Below are positions 55,599-64,000 of a DNA stretch of 64,000 bases, piece after piece. Positions within the stretch are counted from its first letter, which is position 1, and each line of letters starts with the position of its first letter. This DNA is from Yuukianura sp. NJ FZ-2021 (Eukaryota). The translations under genes and the position numbers were made by a program. The DNA lies in contig CM102288.1 in NCBI GenBank assembly GCA_046563655.1, positions 4,588,001 to 4,652,000 on the forward strand, read 5' to 3'. The notes beneath the pieces were generated by a model. The model was given only the letters and a program-made list of their open reading frames with translations. It searched no databases and was not told the DNA's origin.

Positions 55599-58500
55599 AT
55601 GAAAATGAGCGGAGAGAAGAAGGAAGAGCGGTGGAAGACGCGGGTGCCGGCGAAAGTTGCTTTGACAGAGATCAACGAATACCTCATGTGTCAACTCTGC
55701 ATTGGCTACTTGATTGATGCCACGGCCATCATCGAATGTCAACACACATGTAAGTCAACCTCCCTCCCATACACCCGCAGTAGCCCAGGTCACAAGGTCA
55801 CAGGTCATCACAAGCGTTGTGCTTTGTACAAAAACAAAAACGCACCCCTCACTTTCTCTTTCTCTTTCAAAAGTTAATCCGATTTGGTCCGTCTTTGTTA
55901 GGAACTAAGGGGCCATAAAACTGTTCGCATCTACCACTTTTCAACGTTTGTTCTAAAAATGTTCAAACAAAAAATTCAGAATACATTTCCATTTTGGTAG
56001 TGGAGCTTCACTCGATAGCTTTCTAAAGAATGAATAATTGAATCGATGAATAAAATTGAATTGTTAAGGAGGGTGTGCGACCTGTGAAGCCATTATGAGA
56101 TTATCGGTGGGTGGTGGCACAGTACCTACTCAAAATAAAGTAAAAAAAAAAAACTTAGAGGTCACAGGGGTCATGAATTTTTAAGCAAGATTTTTGGTTT
56201 TTGAAAATAAAATTAAAAGTAGTAGAATGCTACCTGACTTGGCGGAATGAGTTGTAAACAGGTTGACAGTGAGCATCTTCGTTTAAGTTGCCACTTCAAA
56301 GCATAAAAATTGTGTTTGTTAATTTAGTTGTGGGAGTGTTTTAAGTGTTTGATTGTTTCCAGTTTGCAAATCCTGCATCCTCAAGTACCTGGAGACGAAC
56401 AGCTACTGTCCCATATGCGAAGTCCAACTGAACATTGCCAAGCCTCTGCTCAGCCTCAGGTGAGAAAACAACAATTAGCAACTTCCACTCATTATCAAAG
56501 TATCAAACATATTTCCCGCGAATTTTAAAAACTTATGATGAAGGAATGATGAAGCTCCCTAAACTGAAAAACTCAAAAATCTCGTATGAAGTTGTCGGAT
56601 TTTTTTTTCATTGGCGTTGAAATTGGATTTTTTTTAGAAATAAGATGTTGCTGACCATGAGACTGAAATGTTTGATCGATTTGAGATTCTAGAGGCTAAA
56701 AGTAGAAAATGGGCTCACGGAGCAAATAGGATTTTGAACGTACACAAAAAATCCAAGTAGAATTGAGGTTAACCCTGGTCGTAAGGAACTTAACTCAGGT
56801 TTTCGAAGGGGTCCAATTAAGGGTACACCCAGGGCCCTTGGATTTGGGGTTGGGAAGGGATCCACCAGCATCTTCTCATCATCTTCTAAAACCGAAGCTG
56901 TTTTTTGAAACATTTTTTTAGATGTTCTTATTAGGACTCTTGAAAATTGAACATCCTGCTTGAGAAGCATAGTTGAGAACGTGCCCCTCATCATCTCCCT
57001 TTTATGAGTTTAAGGGCTACATGAAACAGATCATGAGAACAGCTGGTAGGGGGACCCTTTGCTAAGTACTTTTCAAAAATTCTGAAAAAAGAGACCAATT
57101 TCAAAATATTTTCAAAAAAAAATTGTGATGCTGTGATATTGGTCAACGTCACTTCAAAAATCATTTTCGATCGTCACGCCATAAATAGTTAATCCAGTTT
57201 CGTCGTACGTTAAGAATGAGTCCAAAAAATGACCCCCGAGAATTTCCATTTTTGATTCTTGTTTAGTTTTTCGATTTCATGTTTGTTGAAATTCAAAATT
57301 TTAATTGTTTTTGAATTGTGATTAGGTCTGATGAGAATCTGCAGAAGTTGGTGTACAAGTTGGTTCCAGGTTTGGTGAGTTCAGAGATTCAGAGACGCAA
57401 GGAATTCGGACTAAAAATCAATCCAGACGCTGCATCAGCGTCAGAGGAAGCGTCTTTTGAAGGACTCAAGGAAACAGATGAACTCTGCTTCCTCGCTCCA
57501 GACGATTCAGTCACACTCTCACTCGAGTACTTCAAAAGGTAAACAAAAATTCTAAAAAACCTAAAAGTTCAAATTTTGAACTTTTTAAAATTTGTCTAAT
57601 TTTCTCTGTAGTGAGGAGGGGGAGGGAGCGACTGAAGTGAAAAGTGAAGATGGGAAATCATCCAAAACTGAAGTTGGTCCCAAGAGTAAATCCCCTCCGT
57701 CAACTGCTGCTGACTCCAAAGACAAGGTAACTCAAAATTTCGAAATTTTGAATTTTCAAAATTCCTTGCGAAACTGAAATATTTGGAAAGCATTTTAAAC
57801 ACTTGAGCGTGAGAAGTTAGAAAGATGAGGTTGTTTTGAACAATGAGACACTTCTGGCCCTAGAGCTATTTGTCCAGAGCGTGATAATTATTAATAAGTT
57901 CGGTTCCTTTGACCATCATCTCTCTTCATCTTCTTACTTAACAGCTTAAAAGAAAAAAAGAATTGAAACCAAAAAGTTTTCAAAATCTAGCAGTAGCAGC
58001 GTTTATCCAAAAATTCCTCTTTCATTTCAATTTTTTGAGAAGTTTTTGCCACTTTAGCGATAGTATTGATTGAAATCACGAACTTTTTCAAAACCGTTTG
58101 CAGCTTCAAGCCAAAATTTTTTCTCTCTTTTCGATTTTTTGAGCTGTTTTTGCCACTTTTGGTGAGAGATTTGTGAGTTTGTGCCAAATGTGTTTCTGAA
58201 AGTGAAGAAGACTTTAGGTTGAAGTAAACCTCCCGAGGAGAAGATGAAGGAGTGATGCTGCGAGATAATGGACACACAAACTGTTCTTCCGAACCACAAA
58301 GTCTCTTAAACTCACTTCCAACTTATAACGGGGTCCAATTGTTACTCTTTTAAGCCAACATTTTAACATTGGCAAAATTTGGGAAAAAATCAAAGAGAAG
58401 ATAAAAATTAGACAAAAAGGAGAAAATCAGAAAACAAGTTTTGTTTCTGAGAAAACATTTTGAGTTTCAGCTCAATTTGGATCTGCAAGAAGAAAAAATA

Positions 58501-61500
58501 TAGAAATGACGAATGAGAAGATCAAAATTTTGAAAGACAACGGAAGAATTGATCACCAATTTGAAACTGAAATTTTGAAATTGTGGTTTTGGAGTGGAGG
58601 TGTGAAATTTTGAGTGGATTCAAGTTTGAGTACAGAGTTGCTGGTTAAATTGTGCTTTGAGTTGAGCTCTTTTTTGATTCTGTTCTTTTGATTGTAGGCC
58701 AACGACCGACGCTATCTTTCATGCCCCGCAGCAGTGTCTGTTGGAATACTAAAGAAATTCATAAGACAGAAGTACGGACTCTCAGATGACTACAGGGTAA
58801 GCAACATTTTTTCAAAATCAAAATTTCACAAAATTCTAGTCAAAAAGTTTCAGAAACTAGTTTTTGAAAACTTTCCTAATGACTTTTCCGTATGGTTTGA
58901 GCAAAGCAGAAAAAAGAGGTAGGGGAGAGGTGGTTTAATGTTTAAATCTTTTTTTGAAAAAAAAAAAACGAGAAAGGGGGAGACAAATGAAAACATTTCG
59001 ATGCTCTAAAAAGTTTTTAAAGTTGTACAAGGGTGGAGAGGGGATTTGTGGCAATGAGCCATAAAACAACAAATGAACTCTTGTTCTTCTCCTAACTACA
59101 CATTTATTATTATTATAATAAATTATTTTATATTAATAATTATATAATATTGGAATTCGCTCTTGAGTGAATTTAACAAGTAGGGCATGATTTGAGTGTT
59201 CGTGATGTGGAAGATGCAGTTTTTCAATTGTTTTGTCTCTCTTCTCTCCAAATTGGTTAAAATTGCACCCAGGTTTTTGCGCCGTGAAAACAATGCGAGA
59301 GGAAAAGAGTCATGCGAAAGTCAGAGTCATTAGAAGGTCATTTCCAATCGAATTCATTTTGCGTCGTTGATTTTGAAAAAGAGAGGAAATGGAAAAGTTT
59401 TGGTGTGAATTGGATGACGCTGTGAACTATACTAGAATTTGGGTTTGGAAAAAGCGGCGTGAGTTACTAGGGTTTTCGTTTTGGTGCAAAGTGTCACCCT
59501 ATAAAGAGAAAAATGTCATTTTATTTTTAACTTTTCAAGCTAAGGTGTCACGTAATTCAATTGGTAGTTAACGAAAATGGAATTGAACGCAATTTAGAAC
59601 TAACCACAGTCAATTCGAGCTGGAGTGACTCAAATTTTATTTTTTCTTTGAAGAAAAAAAAAGCGAAGTGGACTAGACGAGATTTTGTTTTAAAAATAAC
59701 AGTAAAATGTAAAATTTTTCCAAATTTTGAATTGTAGAATTAAGAATTAGAATTTTTTTTCAACAATTTTGTGCTTTTGGATTTTTGAATTCATCTTCAA
59801 AAATTCAACATCTTGAGCAAACAATCCTTACCTGGATGGAAATTAGGAGTTGGAAAAAGAAAATGACCAGAAAAAAAGTTTTTGTAGTGGCGGCTTGGCC
59901 TTACGAAATTTTATGTTCGAATCTGCAGATTTGAATTTACGGTTGAGATAAGATTTAACAATCGCCATTGTAGCCTCACAATGTAGCCACTCGGGCCGTT
60001 TTGATGGCTGCAATAGTTGGCTACACCTCAGTGAAAACATTTATAGCCGCTCTAACCTAATCAAAACTAAAATGGCAACTTAAGTAGCCGTATTGCGTAG
60101 CCACCTCGTTGTTAGCGTAAAGTGGCTACAATGACATTCGTTAGAACTTACCACAACCAAATTTAGTAGATGCTGGTTGGGCAATAAAGGCCGTGGTTTG
60201 TTAGTTTCGAAAAATAACTAATTAGTTCTTACTTTAATGTGTTTTTAAACCAGAGGGAAAGCATTTTGTAAAAATTTTAAATCTGAAAATTTCAACAAAA
60301 TGCAGCGCATTAGAGCTTTTTTAAAAGATGATAAAAATGTGAGTTTTAATGCTTTTCTAGTCTCTTTCTCGTCATCAATTTCAATTTAAGAGAAGCGTCG
60401 CTTGTCGTGACGAAAAACGGCACGTCATCTCCAGCCTTATTCCTCTCTGTTCTCGCTCTGCTCAAGCACTGGGAAATCCTCCTTTTGAACGACCTTGAAC
60501 TCAACTTTATTTAAAAAAACTCATTTAAAAACACTCCTTTCAATTTCAAAAATTCTAAAACTTTTTGGTTTATTTCAGGTCGATTTGCTGTACAACGGAG
60601 AAGCAGAAAACAATTTGGAGAATGACCTCACTCTACTCGACCTCTCTTTCATCTACAAGTGGAAGAAGGTAAGCAGAACTCAAAAATTCTATTTCCATTT
60701 CCAAAATTACAAAATTCTGTTTTTTTTTCTCTTTTCAAAAATTTTTTTTTCAAAAGTAGCGGAGACAAAAGTAGGATGTAAAACTTGCATGTTTTGAGGA
60801 AATCGAGTAAGCACATTGTTCGAAAATGTTACGCGGTGTCATACCTTGAATTTTGACAAAATGTTAAAGTTTTTCCAAAATCGTGTCTGTTTTTGAATAT
60901 TTTTTGAACTGTGGTGCTGTGTGGTTGTGATTAATTGTTGTTAGGGAGTGTTAAGTGTTGTAAAGTGGATTGGAAGTGGGAGTGAGAGGATGGGTGGCTG
61001 GTAGTCGCTCCCTTTCATCTAGGCCTTACGTTATGGTCCAAATATCCACTGCCAGTACACTGGATCGATAAAGTTAAAGCCTAAAGTAGACTTACAAGGG
61101 ACTCCAAATACATTTTGAGCTTACAATTTTATACTTCTCCCCTCACACTCTACTTCCAACGGAACACAACATAGGGTAGGCAACTTCAAGTCAGGGTTAT
61201 ACAAAGTACAAACTCAACTTTCAACATCATCCTCTACAAAATCCACACACAGCACAGCAGAAGTACAAAAATTAAAATTTCATCTTCACTTCCTCACAAT
61301 TGGCTTCCTTCCATATTTTCCTCGCATAAAATCTCTCCAAAAACGCATCAACATCGCATCTAACTAAAATCTTTCAAAATCTCACTGATTGAATACCATT
61401 AAAGTTTAAGAGGCGTCTAACTTCTGAATTTTTCTGCTTTTTGAAAACCTGTCTCAAATTTTTCCGAGTTTATTTTTGGATTCAAACTTTTCTGCTCTGA

Positions 61501-64000
61501 TTTTCATCACGATTATCCTCTGACTAAAAATTTTCTACCACAAAGAAAGATGTTGTACAGAAAATCAGAGTTTAGTTTGTTCGGTTTAGAAAAAAATAAA
61601 CAAGAAAAAAAGTTTGCAATAGCAATTTTCGGTCATGACCATATTTTTTCAATTTTGAATTAAAAGAAAAGTTTGGTTCAGTTGGTTATGAAATTTTTGT
61701 TATGTGAGCAAACACAATTCAAAAGAAAAGTGAGACTCATCTTGCTTAAGGAGACGCTTTTCCATTAATGAACTCCATTAATTACACCAACGTCTCCCTC
61801 ACTTTCACAAAGCTAAAAGTAAAGCACAAGACGCATTCCCACTAATTACTGATTTTTATAATTAACATTTTTAGAACTAATTAACACATTTCGAGGTTTA
61901 GATTTGGCTTAGGAGCTTTTAAGTCTGAGACGTGATGAAGGGCCCATTTTTCCTGATCCCAATCATCATTATTTGCACGCCAAGGGCTGACAAGATGCAG
62001 TTGCATCTCTGTTTCTTCCTGTTTCTGAGTTATCTGACGAATAGTTACTCCTTTTTTCTCTTCAAATTCTTGTCTTCTTGCAATCGATGGAAATCTATTG
62101 AAATTGACTTTTGTAATCGACCCTATGCATGGTCTCAGTCCATCTTATTCTTCCTTTGTTCACTTTTGGAAACACGCAGGAATCAAAGAGATATACGCAC
62201 ATATTTCCATTTGAAACAAAGTTTAATTTTCATTGCGTGTTTCCTCTTTCTGCGGAGGACTTTAAATTAATAGCCAAAGAGCAGGCAGATTGTTCAAACA
62301 TTTCATGTTCCTCCTTTCAACAACTCAAAACTCAAATTCCTCGGATGAAATTCAAATTCAGTTTTTCATTTTTTGGAAACAATTTTGGAAAAAATGATAT
62401 TTGAGCGTGGCGGGTCATGATAACTTTCCCTTGGTGTGCTGGTGGTGAGTCAAGTAATGAAACCACTTAAGTGCAAATGCCCCTCCGAAGGGAAAGGCTT
62501 TTAGGCAAGGGCCGATGCGATAGCATTTATCATGTGAGGATGTGGGTGAAAGCAGTTCTCTGACATTCTTGGACGGTAACGTATGAACCTCACAGTCTTA
62601 CGGACGGCCACTTATGCACAGTAGACTTACGGACACATAACCTAACTAAATTTAACCTAAAACTATTCAAAAGTCACTGTCTATAAGAATGCAAAGTCCA
62701 CCATTTACCGGTTTTAAGTGTCTTGTCATGGGGTGAAAGCAGGAGAGAAAGCGTCATCATTTGTAATGATACGGGGACAAGGGGTTCTCTTTTATCATAC
62801 AAGGCAAAAGGGGGTTCTTTTTCAATAATAATTCTTATGGTCTCTCCTTCCAGGACGAACCCATGTGTTTCCACTACAGGATATTCGATCGCCCCTCCAA
62901 AACACTCCCTGCAAGACCCCCAGTCAAGAGAGCTGCTCCGGTTCTCGATGAGCCACCACCAGACGATGCCCCACCGTCCGGATCCCACCAAAATGCGCCC
63001 TCTCCCGGCTCATCTGCTCCCTCTACTACTAAACAGCCCCGCCTCGGAACTGGATCCACCACAACTTCAGATTCCAAGGGAGGTCAAACTACTACAGTGA
63101 CTTCAGAGAGTGGAGGTCAAGGGTCAAAGAAAGAACGTGGGAAAAGTTTCGGAATTCCATCACCGGAACAAGATCTAGAATGTTCCGGATTTTCATCTTC
63201 TCCAACATACTCAAGTTATGACAGCTTGAGTCCGACTGGAAAAGGAGCTGTTTTCACCACATCTTCGTCGTCACCGGACAGCCCTTCGAGTCCCCTCAAA
63301 ATGTCAATCAAGGCCGATGGGAAGACTCATCGTCATCGTCATCGTCACCACAAAGAGAAGCACAAGAGAAAGAGCAAGTCGAAGAGCAAGAGCAAGGACC
63401 GTGACAAGAGCAAAGAGCGTGACAAGAACAAGGACAAGGATCGCTACAAGTACAATGCCCATCCTAATCCTACGCAAAGTCAGACCATCACTGTGAAGCC
63501 AGGGAAGCATCGGCATCGTCACCACCATAAGAACCGGGACAAGGATGGAGACAAGCCAACTACTGTCAGTAACGCAGCCACTTCGGCCATGACACCCTTG
63601 AATGTACCAGCAGCGTCAAGTCCAGCTCCACCGACGGTTGGAAGCGATCAGCGATCCAGGACGTCATCAGTGACTTCAGTTGGTTCCATAGCAAGTTCCT
63701 CTGGAATCGAGTTGACTCCGATTCCAATTCAGACTGGAAAGCAAGTTCCTCCGAGCACTACCAACTCAAATGGTCAGAAAATGAAGAACATCAAAATCCC
63801 CGATTCGTTGCAATTGCAAGTCCCAAAATCAGTGACTCTCATTCCCGTGACCCCAGGAGTGACCAAAACCTCCAGAAATGTGACCCCTAGCGGCGAAAAA
63901 GCAACCGGGACGCGTCCAACTTCTCAAACCTTTACACATCCAATCACGAATAAGTCACTACACCAAATTACCGTTACAGAAGTACCCCCACCCAATGTCA
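55599..64000 (+). CDS. Polycomb group RING finger protein, Psc/Su(z)2/BMI1 (PCGF2/4)-like, 3'-truncated by the window edge
   Basis: Exons 55599-55749, 56363-56459, 57326-57538, 57612-57726, 58698-58796, 60579-60668, 62854->64000 join in frame. RING [56 protein letters not shown], RAWUL elements VTLSLEY / RRYLSCPAAVSVGILKKFIRQKY / LTLLDLSFIYKWKKDEPMCFHYRI, then more than 370 aa of disordered sequence open to the window end. Confidence 0.92.
59962..60157 (+). mobile_element. Copy of the dispersed TGTAGCCAC-family repeat (MITE-like), intronic in the Psc-like gene
   Basis: Begins CGCCATTGTAGCCTCACAATGTAGCCAC and contains GTGGCTACAATG near its end. Related segments occur near 20641, 25335, 27090 and 51440, some in reverse orientation. 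Confidence 0.55.

Overview
Eukaryotic, intron-rich, AT-rich genomic DNA, not prokaryotic. Short GT-AG introns, a peritrophin-A mucin, a Psc/Su(z)2-type gene and an RpL22 with an Ala/Lys/Pro extension point to a compact arthropod genome; the species cannot be fixed from the sequence alone. The first 35 kb is gene-dense: lipase (-, partial), MARVEL protein (+), GMP synthase (-), N-myristoyltransferase (-), G-protein beta subunit (+), LPCAT3/nessy-like MBOAT (-), an uncharacterised RING protein (+), RpL22 (-), EFTUD2/Snu114 (+) and a chitin-binding mucin (-). About 20 kb with no recognisable coding sequence follows, then a Polycomb Psc/Su(z)2/BMI1-like gene (+) that runs off the window. The three most notable observations are: (1) two duplicated 72-nt exons in the G-beta gene that look mutually exclusive, flanked by intronic hairpins; (2) twin hairpins matching the RPL22-binding stem-loop next to PTC-generating alternative 3' splice sites in RpL22 intron 2, a candidate autoregulatory splicing switch; (3) a dispersed palindromic TGTAGCCAC/GTGGCTACA repeat family. 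All gene models were assembled by eye from splice signals and protein motifs; no database search was run.
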